From Eledone cirrhosa (taxonomy: Eukaryota), in the NCBI GenBank assembly GCA_964016885.1, contig OZ024764.1, positions 7,378,001 through 7,442,000 of the forward strand: a stretch of DNA of 64,000 nt, given 5' to 3'. How positions within the stretch are numbered: position 1 is the first letter of the stretch; the number at the start of each line of letters is the position of its first letter. The position numbers and the translations under genes are program-made. This document shows positions 15,823-29,752 of this stretch, piece by piece. The notes under the pieces were generated by a model. It made no database searches and had not been told where the DNA came from. It was given only the letters and a program-made list of their open reading frames with translations.

Positions 15823-16729
15823 TAACTAAAGTGTAACATATGTTACCAATGGACGACTAAATTATTTTAACTTGTTTTTTAAACAATTTATGGTGGAAAA
15901 GATTTCAAATTATCTCAACTCTGGCAGCAACTCCTGGTGTCTGACACTCTTACCGGCTACATAGCCTCTTCCTAGTAAAAGCTGTAAGATTGTATTACAT
16001 TTCTAAACATTTATACATCGTAATTTAAATAATCAAGAATAAAGTTGTTTATTTGTGTTGTTGTTAAAATCTGTTTAAGCTGAGATATTTGAGACAATAT
16101 ACTGGACAATGGAATATCAATGTCTGACTTGCAACAACTAAAGTTTTCACTTTAATTAAAGGTGGGTTAATTACACATGATCACCATAACGAAAGAAATA
16201 ATGAAAGAAATACGAAAATATATTTGAGATGTGAGAAGTTTTAACATAAATCTACAATATTTGTAGACATAATACCTCCTCCATCTCTCTAACGTACACC
16301 AGGTCCCAACACGGAAGGGCCGAACCCCCACTGTCATCACCTCCATCTCTCACTCGTACACCAGGTCCCAACACGGAAGGACCCAACTCCCTCTGTCATC
16401 ACCTCCATCTCTCTCGCCACCCCATATCTCACTCGTGAGAAGTTTTAACATAATTCTACAATATTTGTAGACATAATACTTACATTATTTCATACTTTCA
16501 AGTCTTTAAAACTTACAGACATTTTCTACACCACGTTGTGTTGAAAGGCAACTACTTCCGGTGGAGTAGTCTACCACTGCGCATGGGCACTGACAACACA
16601 ATTGTGTCTGCTTTTGGCACAAGGCCAGCAATTTAAGGGCAGTTGGAGTCGACTATATCGACCTCAGTGCGTTACTCGATACATGGTATAGTAGAGTATG
16701 AAAATATACTCTTGACAGGCGTAATGTGT

Positions 16730-17065
16730 TCGAACACGGAAGAGCCGAACTCCCACTGTCATCACCTCCATCACTCTCGCCCTTCCCATCTCTCACACGT
16801 ACACCAGCTCCGAACACGGAAGAGCCGAACTCCCACTGTCATCACCTCCATCTCTCTCGCCCTTCCCATCTCTCACACGTACACCAGCTCCGAACTCCCA
16901 CTGTCATCACTCTCGCCCTTCCCATCTCTCACACGTACACCAGCTCCGAACACGGAAGAGCCGAACTCCCACTGTCATCTCTCTTGCCCTCCCCATCTCT
17001 CACACGTACACCAGCTCCGAACACGGAAGAGCCGAACTCCCACTGTCATCACCTCCATCTCTCTC
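16730..17065. repeat. ~80-bp degenerate tandem repeat next to a CRE fragment
   Basis: CGAACACGGAAGAGCCGAACTCCCAC at 16731, 16811, ~16947, ~17018; single inverted homolog at ~30745-30815. Confidence 0.85.
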
Positions 17066-17069
17066 TATT

Positions 17070-17365
17070 ATGAGCAAATGGGGGCCCCACAGCCCTGGCA
17101 GACAGAATGGAGAAGGTTTTTTCCCCGGAGGATGGTAAGAGTGATGCACTGGTAGAACCATTCCAACTCGCTAGGCTCACATCTGCAACTGGCCAGCTCA
17201 GCGCCTATGGTGGTGAGTGAGGAGGTAGCCCTAGGGTCAAGGATACCAGAAGTCTCCGCTGCCAAGAGCACAACTGCAAACCTGTCAGAGAGCGACCAGT
17301 ACTTGGAGAGTTTGGCCTCCTCAGCCCAAAGTGCAGCAGAACCTAGGTTAGTCACAGACTACACC
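17070..17365 (-). mobile_element. CRE-like restriction-like endonuclease C-terminal fragment
   Basis: AEEAKLSKY...FAVVLLAAETSGILDPRA...WFYQCITLTILRG. Confidence 0.75.
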
Positions 17366-17479
17366 AGGTTGAGAAAGTGTCGCTCTAAGTGCGTTACTGG
17401 TAGTTTATTTTATTGATCTCGGTGGGATTTTAACTCAGAAACATTATCTATATAATATTTATCTATCTAGGGAGGGTAA

Positions 17480-17734
17480 AATTCCTGAGATCCATGGATA
17501 AGTTTTCTCCTGCAGTTTCTGTCGTTCATCATCGCCACCATGTCCTGTATCTCCCAGAGACCAGTGTCTGCCTTTAGGGCATCAACATACGTCATTCTCA
17601 ATCTCCCAAATCAAGTGTGACCATGTAGGGGTTCCCACAGGACCACTGAGTGTAGTATCAACTGTGAATGCCAGTGAGCATGTCCAGCTAACCTCAGTCT
17701 CCTCTGTGACACTTTCAAACTTTACATATATGTG

Positions 17735-17765
<31 letters not shown>

Positions 17766-17815
17766 TAATGTTCAGAGCCATCCTCAGCATTCTCGTGTAA
17801 CACCCATTCACCATC
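17480..17815 (-). mobile_element. RTE LINE C-terminal fragment
   Basis: GCYTRMLRMALNI, RRLRLAGH, LWEP across frames. Confidence 0.65.
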
Positions 17816-18075
17816 TGAGCGAAATCTTTCCACACCTTGGCCCCTGGGTGACATTTAACGGTCAAATTCTGGGTTACCTCCTTTTTGGCGTAAACAAATC
17901 TGTGTGGGTGATCTCTCGAGGTCACCCCGGCCGTTCTCAAGGCAGGGGCCAGAGGAAGCGGCAGATATAGATAGCCTGTCTTAGACCAAACGAAAGGAAG
18001 TTCGGAGCATTTCCTGATAGAGTAACGCTGTAAAACATTTGCTTACTACAGACCCCTTGGGGTCTACAAACTATT
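17815..18075 (-). other. Unidentified coding-like module, copy A
   Basis: Reads NVLQRYSIRKCSELPFVWSKTGYLYL...HRFVYAKKEVTQNLTVKCHPGAKVWKDFA; homologs at 30830-31075 (-) and 35405-35650 (+). Confidence 0.5.
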
Positions 18076-18369
18076 ACTCTCTCCCTCTCTCTCACCTAAT
18101 CTTTATTTCTTGGCCCCTCTCTTAGCCAAGACAGTGAAGTTCAGGAAGTTTTCTTGGTAAATACAATTTAATTCTACTTTTAAAAACAAACAAATAATGT
18201 CCATACTTCTGTGTATTTTTAATACAGCTCCGGCGTGAGTTATTTTCAATAAATTAATAACATAACAGTTTGGTGTCATCGTCGTTCATTTATATATATT
18301 CATTTTCTGTGTGATCAAGGAACTATCATATCATCTTATTGAACACTCACTCACCTGCTAACATACAAC

Positions 18370-20716
18370 CTCTCGTCTCACTGTATCACACCACAGTGAC
18401 CACACCACACAGCAAGCTACCAGACATACAACCTCTGGTCACACCACAGTGACCACACCACACAGCAAGCTACCAGACATACAACCTCTGGTCACACCAC
18501 AGTGACCACACCACACAGCAAGCTACCAGACATACAACTTCTGGTCACACCACAGTGACCACACCACACAGCAAGCTACCAGACATACAACCTCTGGTCT
18601 CACTGTATCACACCAGTGACCACACCACACAGCAAGCTCTCGTCTCACTATCACACCACAGTGACCACACCACACAGCAAGCTCTGGTCTCACTGTATCA
18701 CACCACTGACCACACCACACAGCAAGCTCTGGTCTCACTGTATCACACCACACAGCAAGCTCTGGTCTCACTGTACCACACCACAGTGACCACACCACAC
18801 AGCAAGCTCTGGTCTCACTGTATCACACCACAGTGACCACACCACACAGCAAGCTCTCGTCTCACTATCACACCACAGTGACCACACCACACAGCAAGCT
18901 CTGGTCTCACTGTATCACACCACTGACCACACCACACAGCAAGCTCTGGTCTCACTGTATCACACCACAGTGACCACACCACACAGCAAGCTCTGGTCTC
19001 ACTGTATCACACCACAGTGACCACACCACACAGCAAGCTCTGGTCTCACTGTATCACACCACAGTGACCACACCACACAGCAAGCTCTCGTCTCACTGTA
19101 TCACACCACAGTGACCACACCACACAGCAAGCTCTGGTCTCACTGTATCACACCACAGTGACCACACCACACAGCAAGCTCTGGTCTCACTGTATCACAC
19201 CACAGTGACCACACCACACAGCAAGCTCTGGTCTCACTGTATCACACCACACAGCAAGCTCTGGTCTCACTGTATCACACCACAGTGACCACACCACACA
19301 GCAAGCTCTGGTCTCGCTGTATCACACCACAGTGACCACACCACACAGCAAGCTCTGGTCTTACTGTATCACACCACAGTGACCACACCACACAGCAAGC
19401 TCTGGTCTCACTGTATCACACCACAGTGACCACACCACACAGCAAGCTCTGGTCTCACTGTACCACACCAGTGACCACACCACACAGCAAGCTCTGGTCT
19501 CACTGTATCACACCACAGTGACCACACTACACAGCAAGCTCTGGTCTCACTGTATCACACCACAGTGACCACACCACACAGCAAGCTCTCGTCTCACTGT
19601 ATCACACACCACAGTGACCACACCACACAGCAAGCTCTGGTCTCACTGTATCACACCACAGTGACCACACCACACAGCAAGCTCTGGTCTCACTGTATCA
19701 CACACCACAGTGACCACACCACACAGCAAGCTCTGGTCTCACTGTATCACACCACAGTGACCACACCACACAGCAAGCTCTCGTCTCACTATATCACACC
19801 ACAGTGACCACACCACACAGCAAGCTCTGGTCTCACTATCACACCACAGTGACCACACCACACAGCAAGCTCACGTCTCACTGTATCACACCACAGTGAC
19901 CACACCACACAGCAAGCTCTGGTCTCACTGTATCACACACCAGTGACCACACCACACAGCAAGCTCTGGTCTCACTGTATCACACCACAGTGACCACACC
20001 ACACAGCAAGCTCTGGTCACACTATATCACACCACAGTGACCACACCACACAGCAAGCTCTGGTCTCACTGTATCACACCACAGTGACCACACCACACAG
20101 CAAGCTCTGGTCTCACTGTATCACACCACAGTGACCACACCACACAGCAAGCTCTGGTCTCACTGTATCACACCACAGTGACCACACCACACAGCAAGCT
20201 CTGGTCTCACTGTATCACACCACAGTGACCACACCACACAGCAAGCTCTGGTCTCACTGTATCACACCACAGTGACCACACCACACAGCAAGCTCTGGTC
20301 TCACTGTATCACACCACAGTGACCACACCACACAGCAAGCTCTGGTCTCACTGTATCACACCACAGTGACCACACCACACAGCAAGCTCTCGTCTCACTG
20401 TATCACACCACAGTGACCACACCACACAGCAAGCTCTGGTCTCACTGTATCACACCACAGTGACCACACCACACAGCAAGCTCTGGTCTCACTGTACCAC
20501 ACCACAGTGACCACACCACACAGCAAGCTCTCGTCTCACTGTATCACACCACAGTGACCACACCACACAGCAAGCTCTGGTCTCACTGTACCACACCACA
20601 GTGACCACACCACACAGCAAGCTCTGGTCTCACTGTATCACACCACAGTGACCACACCACACAGCAAGCTCTGGTCTCACTGTACCACACCACAGTGACC
20701 ACCACACAGCAAGCTC
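18370..20716. repeat. 47-bp satellite, ~48 copies
   Basis: GCAAGCTCTGGTCTCACTGTATCACACCACAGTGACCACACCACACA, period 47 (20101 to 20148). Confidence 0.96.
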
Positions 20717-20724
20717 CAGGTTAG

Positions 20725-21625
20725 CCCATCTTTTTGTCATGTGCTCAATGACTAATTTTGGAGAGACTCGACTGCTCGGTCAATGTCAGACTCTCTCCAG
20801 AGTGCTGTGATCAGGCTGCGTTGCCCAAGCGATCTGGTGGCCTTGGTCTTTGTAAATTCTCGTCCCTCCCTCGCTTCTTTTCCTCCATCCTGGTGAGCAA
20901 TATCTTCTCCTCTCCCCCATGGACTAGTTCCAAGAGGGAGATGGATGAAGCTCTTCTGCTATGGAGTGAGTTGGGCCTGTCTGTTCCTGAAAAGGTGGAG
21001 GACAGTCAAAGTCAGAGAGCTTGGGACAGCATAAGTTTGAAGGCCACCTTTGACTCTCTCTTCTTCCAGTCAGGTCAGTTTTCAAGGTGTCGCTTACTGT
21101 CTGCTAGCATGAAATATTCAGGTGACTGGGTTGATGCCTTACCTATGGCTAACATTGGTGGCCTACTCAGCTTGGATGAGCTTCGTGTCTCCATTGCCCT
21201 CAGTCGGAGCCGACATCTGTATGGGTCTGAAATGTAAGTGTGGTAGGCTGCTCAACTGCACAGGCCTACACAGACTATCTTGCCACCTGAACACCGATTG
21301 CTTCACACATCACACTGAGTTAAAACTCATCAAGAAAGCTTTGGCCTGGGCAAACACCCCCTCAATTCTGGAACTGTCTGGGTTGTCCAGAATTGATGGG
21401 AAAAGGCCTGACAGTCTTACCCTGTGTCCCTGGATAAGAGACAGGTGTCTCATCTGGGTCATCACAGTTAGTAACTCTTGTGCTTCTTCCCACATCCTGG
21501 ATGCTGTGGTTAGGGTGAGAGCCACAGCTTTTACAGCCGAACAGAACAAAATTCTGAAATACCGTGATCCAGCCAACTACCTTTTCTAGCCCGTGGTGTT
21601 TGAGATGTTTGGGTGAGTTGAACTG
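20725..21625 (+). mobile_element. CRE-like non-LTR retrotransposon relic (post-RT, zinc knuckle, RLE)
   Basis: QAALPKRSGGLGL, WVDALP, CKCG...LHRLSC, GLSRIDGKRPDSLTL, LIWVITV; frameshifted. Confidence 0.85.
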
Positions 21626-21704
21626 TGAGGTTCTTGCCTTCACTACCATCTACCAACTAGTTACACCACGTTCACTAGATAGCTACCATTACTCCCATTT
21701 AATG

Positions 21705-21800
21705 GCCGTGGATTGGCAGTATCGGTGGAGAGTTGGACGCCATGCATTGTAGCATAGGGTTAGTCCTTTATGATCTGAGTTCAAATCCTGCCGAGGTTAA
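21705..21800 (+). mobile_element. SINE family A head
   Basis: TGGCAGTATCGG and GAGTTCAAATC boxes. Confidence 0.75.
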
Positions 21801-22436
21801 CTGTAGTATCAGAGTTGTGATCTCTCAGTCCAGAGATTCTTTCCTCAGACATTCTAACCACATGTCTGTAGTATCAGAGCTGTGATCTCTCAATTCAGAG
21901 ATTCTTTCGTCAGACATTCTAACCACATGTCTGTAGTATCAGAGCTGTTATCTCTCAATCCAGAGATTCTTTCCTGAGACATTCTAACCACATGTCTGTA
22001 GTATCAGAGCTGTGGTCTCTCAATTCAGAGATTCTTTCCTGAGACATTCTAACCACATGTCTGTAGTATCAGAGCTGTGGTCTCTCAATCCAGAGATTCT
22101 TTCCTGAGACATTCTAACCACATGTCTGTAGTATCAGAGCTGTTATCTCTCAATTCAGAGATTCTTTCCTGAGACATTCTAACCACAGGTCTGTAATATC
22201 GGAGCTGTGATCTCTCAATTCAGAGATTCTTTCCTCAGACATTCTAACCACATGTCTGTAGTATCAGAGCTGTGATCTCTCAATTCAGAGATTCTTTCCT
22301 GAGACAATCTAACCACATGTCTGTAGTATCAGAGCTGTGGTCTCTCAATTCAGAGATTCTTTCCTCAGACATTCTAACCACAAGTCTGTAGTATCAGAGC
22401 TGTGATCTCTCAATTCAGACATTCTAACCACGTCTG
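21801..22436. repeat. 65-bp RTE-derived satellite, ~10 copies
   Basis: Same unit as 1982-3320. Confidence 0.95.
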
Positions 22437-22739
22437 TTGTAAGGTCAGCTGTATGATGCCTGTGTGAGATGCGGCCACTCATACTGATGTTAAAGTAATG
22501 TTCTCAAAATAAATAATATCAAAATCTTATAGATTCAATATTATGTGAGGTAAAGACTTTACCGTGAAAATATAATATATATATATTTATATATAAGTGA
22601 ATAGAGAAAGACAGCACATTTGCTAATATTGAAAGTTCCATTTATTGAATACTGGAAAGTCTTACACATCTTTCAATATGTCTTATCAGCCTAAGGAATC
22701 TACATTATATAATCCAATATTCTACACTACTTCTTCAGA

Positions 22740-23800
22740 AGAGCAAGCCTTCTATAAGGGCAGTCACTCCAAATAAATATGACTACACAGGGTAAAACTG
22801 GGCTCCATAGACCACAGGCAAGTCAACCCCTCTAGGAGGGCAATTACTCCATAAGCCACAGAGAAAGCAGCCCCTCTAGGAGGGCAGTCACTTCATAAGC
22901 CACAGGCAAGGCAGCCCCTCTAGGAGGGATATTACTCTGTAAGCCTCAGGGAAGGCAGCCATCTCTAAGAGGGCAGTCACTTCATAAGCCACAGGCAAGG
23001 CAGCCCCTCTAGGAGGGATATTACTCTGTAAGCCTCAGGGAAGGCAGCCATCTCTAAGAGGGCAGTCACTTCATAAGCCACAGGCAAGTCAATCCCTCTA
23101 GGAGCAATTACTTCATAAGCCACAGGTAAGGCAGCTCCTCTAGGAGGGCAGTCACTTCATGAGCTACAGGCAAGGCAGCCCCTCTAGGAGGGCAGTCACT
23201 TCATAAGCCACAGGCAAGTCAATCCCTCTAGGAGCAATTACTTCATAAGCCACAGGTAAGGCAGCTCCTCTAGGAGGGCAGTCACTTCATGAGCTACAGG
23301 CAAGGCAGCCCCTCTAGGAGGGCAGTCACTTCATAAGCCACAGGCAAGTCAATCCCTCTAGGAGCAATTACTTCATAAGCCACAGGTAAGGCAGCTCCTC
23401 TAGGAGGGCAGTCACTTCATGAGCTACAGGCAAGGCAGCCCCTCTAGGAGGGCAGTCACTTCATAAGCCACAGGTAAGGCAGCTCCTCTAGGAGGGCAGT
23501 CACTTCATAAGCCACAGGCAAGTCAACCCCTCTAGGAGGGCAATTACTCCATAAGCCACAGGGATAGCCCCTCTAGGAGGGCAGTCACTTCAGAAGCCAC
23601 AGGGAAGGAAGCCCATCTAAAAAAGAGTCACTTCATAAGCCACAGGGATGGAAGCCTATCTAGGAAGGCAGCCCTCAAGAAGGGCAGTTGCTCAATAAGC
23701 CACAGTGAAAGCAGCCCCTCTAGGAGAGCAATTACTCCAAATAAATAAGACTACACAGGGTAGACATGGGCTCTGTAAGCTACAGGCAAGGCAGCCCTCA
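22740..23800. repeat. 44-bp repeats in the putative 3' UTR of ZNF copy 2 (expanded)
   Basis: Same unit as 3650-4155, roughly twice as long. Confidence 0.88.
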
Positions 23801-23939
23801 AGAAGTGTAGTTAATCAGAATAAATATGACTGCATGGGGTAGACGTGGGCTGGAAAAGAACAGTCCAGCCCAAGCAAGCAGGGAAAGGTGAATGTAAATG
23901 GATGATGATATGATACCACAAATTTTAACTCTGTTTCAG

Positions 23940-24824
23940 TTATAGTTCTGTATGAATACCTACATGCCTCGTCAAATGACTTTTGCGAGTGAATGATTTA
24001 CCACAGATGTCACAGTGATAGGGCTTCTCTCCTGTATGAATGTGTTTGTGTATAATCAATTGACTATTTTGAGAGAATGATTTACTACAGATATCACAGT
24101 GATAAGGCTTCTCTCCTGCATGAATATGTTTGTGGGTAGTTAAATTACTACTTCCAGAGAAAGATTTACTACAGATATCACAGTGATATGGTTTTTCACC
24201 TGTGTGAATATGTTTGTGAACAGCTAATTCACTATTTTGAGAGAATGATTTTCCACAGATATCACAGTGGTATGGCTTTTCTATTGTATGAATACGTTTG
24301 TGAGTAGTTACATGATCTTTTTTAGAGAACGATTTACCACAGATATCACAGTGATATGGCTTTTCTCCTGTATGGACACGTTTGTGCCTAGTCAGATCAC
24401 CACTTCCAGAAAACGATCTACTACAGATATCACAGTGATATGGTTTCTCTCCTGTATGAAGACGTTTGTGTTTACTTAAGTCACTACTTCTAGAGAATGA
24501 TTTACCACAGATATCACAAAGATATAGCTTCTCTCCTGTATGAACACGTTTGTGTTTAGTTAAGTCCCCACTTCCAGAGAATGATTTCTCACAAATATCA
24601 CAGTGATATGGCTTCTCTCCTGTATGAATACGTTTGTGAGTAGTTAAGTGATCTTTTTTAGAGAATGATTTCTCACAGATATCACAGTGATATGGCTTCT
24701 CTCCTGTGTGAATACGTTGGTGAGTAGTTAAATGATCTTTTTTAGAGAATAATTTACCACAGATATCACAGGAATGTGATGATTTTCCTGTCCCTTTCGG
24801 CATCTCTTCGGGGAAATACATCAA
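23940..24824 (-). CDS. C2H2 zinc-finger protein, 10 tandem fingers, 294 aa, single coding exon
   Basis: Uninterrupted ORF with ten C-x2-C-x12-H-x3-H fingers and TGEKPY linkers; candidate splice acceptor TTATTTCAG at 25090-25098; AATAAA downstream. Confidence 0.9.
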   Translation of the reverse strand: MMYFPEEMPKGTGKSSHSCDICGKLFSKKDHLTTHQRIHTGEKPYHCDICEKSFSKKDHLTTHKRIHTGEKPYHCDICEKSFSGSGDLTKHKRVHTGEKLYLCDICGKSFSRSSDLSKHKRLHTGEKPYHCDICSRSFSGSGDLTRHKRVHTGEKPYHCDICGKSFSKKDHVTTHKRIHTIEKPYHCDICGKSFSQNSELAVHKHIHTGEKPYHCDICSKSFSGSSNLTTHKHIHAGEKPYHCDICSKSFSQNSQLIIHKHIHTGEKPYHCDICGKSFTRKSHLTRHVGIHTEL

Positions 24825-25190
24825 TCCATTAAGTTTCTCACATAATTTTCTCCTTTCACCACATTATATGTTTATTTTCCTTCTTTACAATTTAAGTAGT
24901 GAAGTGATCATTTTTTGAGAATAATTTACCAAAGATATCAGTCATATGATAATTTTCCAATCACTTTCGGCATCTCTTCCCGAGATTTATATATAAACAA
25001 GGTTATATCTTTAGTCTTTAAATGATGATAAATATTGATGATACATCTGATGTAAAAAGCATTCTTTTATTCCAATATAATATGACATTCTGAAATAATA
25101 AAGAAACAATATAAGATATTAGAGAATACTTAAAAATTAACAGTGAAAATTTCAGTAAAATTCTATATTGATAAACTTAACCATTTAGCA

Positions 25191-25840
25191 TTTACATTAC
25201 TCTATATATACTATTATATTTTCACAGTAAAGGCTTTACCTCACATAATATCTCACATAATATTTACATTACTCTATATATACTATTGTATTTTCACAGT
25301 AAAGGCTTTACCTCACATAATATCTCACATAACATTTACATTACTCTATATATACTATTGTATTTTTACAGTAAAGGCTTTACCTCACATAACATTTACA
25401 TTACTCTATATATACTATTGTATTTTCACAGTAAAGGCTTTACCTCACATTATATCTCACATAACATTTACATTACTCTATATATACTATTGTATTTTCA
25501 CAGTAAAGGCTTTACCTCACATAATATCTCACATAACATTTACATTACTCTATATATACTATTATATTTTCACAGTAAAGGCTTTACCTCACATAATATC
25601 TCACATAACATTTACATTACTCTATATATACTATTGTATTTTCACAGTAAAGGCTTTACCTCACATAATATCTCACATAACATTTACATTACTCTATATA
25701 TACTATTATATTTTCACAGTAAAGGCTTTACCTCACATAATATCTCACATAACATTTACATTACTCTGTATATACTATTGTATTTTCACAGTAAAGGCTT
25801 TACCTCACATAATATCTCACATAACATTTACATTACTCTC
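25191..25840. repeat. 72-bp AT-rich tandem repeat, ~9 copies
   Basis: 24-aa periodicity in ORF 25143-26066. Confidence 0.93.
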
Positions 25841-26080
25841 ATCATCATCATTTAACATCCATCTTCCACGCTTGCATGGGTTTGGACGGGAATTTTCCCA
25901 CTTGAGGCAAGATTGGTTGTGTTGCTCGTATAGGACTGTCTGGCGGGTTTTCTACGGCTGGATGCCCTTCCTAACACCAACCACGTTTACAGTGTGGACT
26001 GGGAGGTTTTTACCGTGTTACCTACATGTCCACATTACAGCGTGGACTGTGTGTTTTTTGTCGTGACACATACACGACCT
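25840..26080 (-). mobile_element. SINE family B (RTE-type tail)
   Basis: (CAT)n tail, GGATGCCCTTCCTAACACCAACC core; inverted homolog at 39830-40055. Confidence 0.65.
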
Positions 26081-26690
26081 CATTTCTTTAGGACTGGATG
26101 TTGTGGTACCAACATAACTTTACATAGAAAGGGTGGTGTGGATGGGGTGGGGGTAGTGGGATGGGGGTGTATTTTTGTTAAGAGGTGCCTACTGACTGTA
26201 GGTTTCGCTTTGTACTTAGGCAAGGCAGATATATACTAATGTATTTTCACAGTAAAGGTTTTACCTCACATAATATAGAATCTATGAGATTTTGATATTA
26301 TTTATTTTAAGAACAATACCTTAACATCAGTATGAGTGGCTTGTTACAGCCAGTTTGAACAGAAAGAAGTGAGAGAATTCTGGCAGGATATAGCAGGCTT
26401 AAATGCTAAAGGGTTAAATAGGAAAACTGAACCAAACTAATTTATAACTTACTTTGTAATTTGTTATTAGAGTTATATCATACAATCCTGTGTGAAGACT
26501 ACATATTTATAAATCGCAGCTACACTTGTAGATTTCATATTATATACATACATACGCACAAACACACACACATATATATATATAAATATATAAACATACA
26601 CATATATACACACATAATACAGACACACACACATATATATATATACACACACACACATATATACACACATACACACACACTTTTAAATAT

Positions 26691-26744
<54 letters not shown>

Positions 26745-26748
<4 letters not shown>

Positions 26749-27968
26749 AGACAACTACAAGAGAGGTTCTTAGAGAAAAATAAGCCACTATATTTAGCTT
26801 TTGTTGACCTAGAGAAGGCCTTTGATAGGGTACCCTGATCTGTTATCTGGTGTTCCCTAAGGAAACTAGGTGTAGAGGAGTGGCTTGTGAGGACAGTGCA
26901 AGCTATGTACAGAGGTACTCTCAGTAAAGTGAGAGTAGGAATGGAGTTTAGTGAGGAATTCCAGATACAAGTAGGAGTACATCAGGGTTCGGTCCTCAAC
27001 TCACTCTTATAGTCCTCCAAGCCATAACCCATGGGAACCTCTCTATGCTGACGATCTGGTTCTTATAACAGAATCAGTAGAGGAGCTAGAGAATAAATTC
27101 TGGCTATGGAAACAGCAGTTGGAAGCAAGAGGACTGAGAGTGAACCTAGCTAAGACTAAAGTGTTGATAAGTAGAAAAGAGGACAAAACTCTATGTTTGA
27201 TATGCAGAAAAGGAGTTGGCATAAATTCTATAGAATGCACACAATGCAGATCCTGGGTACACAAGAGATGTTGTGGGATAGCAGGAAAACTACATACGCA
27301 GCTAGATGTTCAGGGAAATTTGACAGTAGAAATCGCAGTGATAGACACATTTTTCAAATGGAGGTAAGATCTATAGAAGTGGTTGATAGCTTCCGGTACC
27401 TAGGTGATCAGATTAGCATGGGAGCGGGGTGTTTCCGAGGCCATAGTATCTAGAATAAGGAAGGGTTGGAAGAAGCTTAGGGAGCTGCTATGAATGAAAG
27501 GCTGGTTATATGATGTCTGTGTGAGATGCGCGATGCTGCATGGTAGTGAGACATGGGCAGCAACTGCAGAGGATATGTGATGGATGGAGAGAAATGAAGC
27601 AAGCTTGCTCCGATGGATGTGCAATGTCAATGTGCGTGAACAACCAAGGATAGACAAGTTGAGAGAGAAACTGTGCATAAGAGGGATAAGTTGTAGTGTG
27701 CGGGAGAGAAGACTGAGATGGTATGGACATGTGATGTGCATGGAAGATGACCGCTGAGTGAAGAAGTGCCAAGAAATCCTGGTAGAAGGATGACGCAGTA
27801 GAGAAAGACAACAAAAAATGGGCGGAGGTGGTGAGAGTAGACCTCAGATCTCTGAAGCTCACGGAAGAGATGACGAAGGACCATGACAAGTGGAGAGATG
27901 CTGTGCTGGATAGGATCTGTCCCACCCTTGCAAGCAAGGTAAAGCGGCTGTAAAATGATGATGATGAC
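26745..27968 (+). mobile_element. RTE LINE 3' part with degraded RT
   Basis: RQLQERFLEKNKPLYLAFVDLEKAFDRVP, GVHQGSVL, LYADDL, HGSETW, RLRWYGHV, (GAT)n tail. Confidence 0.92.
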
Positions 27969-28159
27969 TATATATGCATATATATATATAGTTCCACACA
28001 GTAAACGGGGTCGGTGATAGAAAGGGCATGCAGCTGTAAAAATCCCAGCCAAAGTAGTTCTGTTCAAGAAAGGTATGGTCAACTGGCCCAACCTGTATCA
28101 TAATGTGGATGAGCAGTCTAACATATGCAAGCATGGAAAATAGATGTTAAACTGTGATC

Positions 28160-28340
28160 TTCTTTTTGTCACGTCCACAAGAGTCTCAGCTACAAAGCTT
28201 GGCTAGATGTGATGTGGTTCCACTTCAGCTGAACACATTGCTGTCCTTTCTCATTAAACTCTGCCAAGTCCACTGCTGTGCAGGGGTATTCTAGCAGGGG
28301 ACATATCAGGAAGTGCTGTGTAGTCTGTGGTTCGATGATA
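28160..28340 (-). mobile_element. Non-LTR 3' end fragment (I/Ingi/Nimb-like)
   Basis: EPQTTQHFLICPLLEYPCTAVDLAEFNEKG followed by an A-rich tail. Confidence 0.45.
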
Positions 28341-28562
28341 TTAAACTTCAGAATATTGTTACTGTGGAATTTCCTCTATGTACTCACAGCATCATCGAAT
28401 ATGACTGTATTGTCTTATGTCCTTGTGAGCACACAGGAGAAACTCTACAATAAACTCAAACTTAGCCTTAATAAAGACTATATATGCATGTGTGCGTTAG
28501 TTGGTAAACCCTACAGGGATGCAACACACATCGCTATAGAGTTTCACCTGCCCCTTCCTTCT

Positions 28563-29322
28563 ATTGTCTCTATATTTACCTGTAGATGTATGTATATGTA
28601 GGTTTACACCTCTCTTGTCTCTATCTGTCTATATATCTACCTGTAGATGTGTGTATATGTAGGTTTACACCTCTCTTGTCTCTATCTGTCTATATATTTA
28701 CCTGTAGATGTGTATATATGTAGGTTTACACCTCTCTTGTCTCTATCTGTCTATATATCTACCTGTAGATGTGTGTATATGTAGGTTTACACCTCTCTTG
28801 TCTCTATCTGTCTATATATTTACCTGTAGATGTGTGTATATGTAGGTTTACACCTCTCTTGTCTCTATCTGTTTATATATTTACCTGTAGATGTGTGTAT
28901 ATGTAGGTTTACACATCTCTTGTCTCTATCTGTCTATATATTTACCTGTAGATGTGTATATATGTAGGTTTACACCTCTCTTGTCTCTATCTGTCTATAT
29001 ATAGGTTTACACCTCTCTTGTCTCTATCTGTCTATATATCTACCTGTAGATGTGTGTATATGTAGGTTTACACCTGTCTTGTCTCTATCTGTCTATATAT
29101 CTGCCTGTAGATGTGTGTATATGTAGGTTTACACCTCTCTTGTCTCTATCTGTCTATATATAGGTCTACGCCTCTCTTGTCTCTATCTGTCTATATATCT
29201 ACCTGTAGATGTGTGTATATGTAGGTTTACACCTGTCTTGTCTTTATCTGTCTATATATCTGCCTGTAGATGTTGGTTTACACCTCTCTTGTCTATATAT
29301 CTACCTGTAGATGTGTGTAGGT
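28563..29322. repeat. 61-bp repeat array, ~12 copies
   Basis: Same family as 15580 and 32497. Confidence 0.95.
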
Positions 29323-29510
29323 AACTAAAGTGTAACATATGTTACCAATGGACGACTAAATGATTTTAACTTGTTTTTTAAACAATTGATGGTGGAAAAG
29401 ATTTCAAATTGTCTTAACTCAGGCAGCAACTCCTGGTGTCTGACATTCTTACCGGCTACATAGCCTCTTCCAAGATAAAAAGCCAAATAAAACACTGCAA
29501 GACAGTTAAA

Positions 29511-29607
29511 CATATACGCGCGACCTTAGGTTTCGGTGTCCAGTTATAGCTACCACTATAAGTGGTGGCCATATCTGGACTCAGAAATCTGTGGTCGAGC
29601 ATACATG
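29511..29607. other. Long imperfect hairpin (47-bp arms, 3-nt loop)
   Basis: 36/47 Watson-Crick matches by manual alignment, plus wobble pairs. Confidence 0.85.
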
Positions 29608-29752
29608 TTAAGTGCATAGAATTTTAATTATACTATATATATACACGTATATATATATATATATATATAGGAAAAGTAAATAACAACAAGAAGTACAGTT
29701 ACGAAAGGTGTTAGTTAATAGGTTAACGCTTGAGTGGGGATATATATATATA

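Larger units (their letters stand above)
25181..26413. mobile_element. piggyBac-like MITE containing a 72-bp array and a nested insertion
   Basis: TTAA|CCATTTAGCATTTA ... TAAATGCTAAAGGG|TTAA (14-bp TIRs with one mismatch, TTAA target duplication). Confidence 0.7.
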
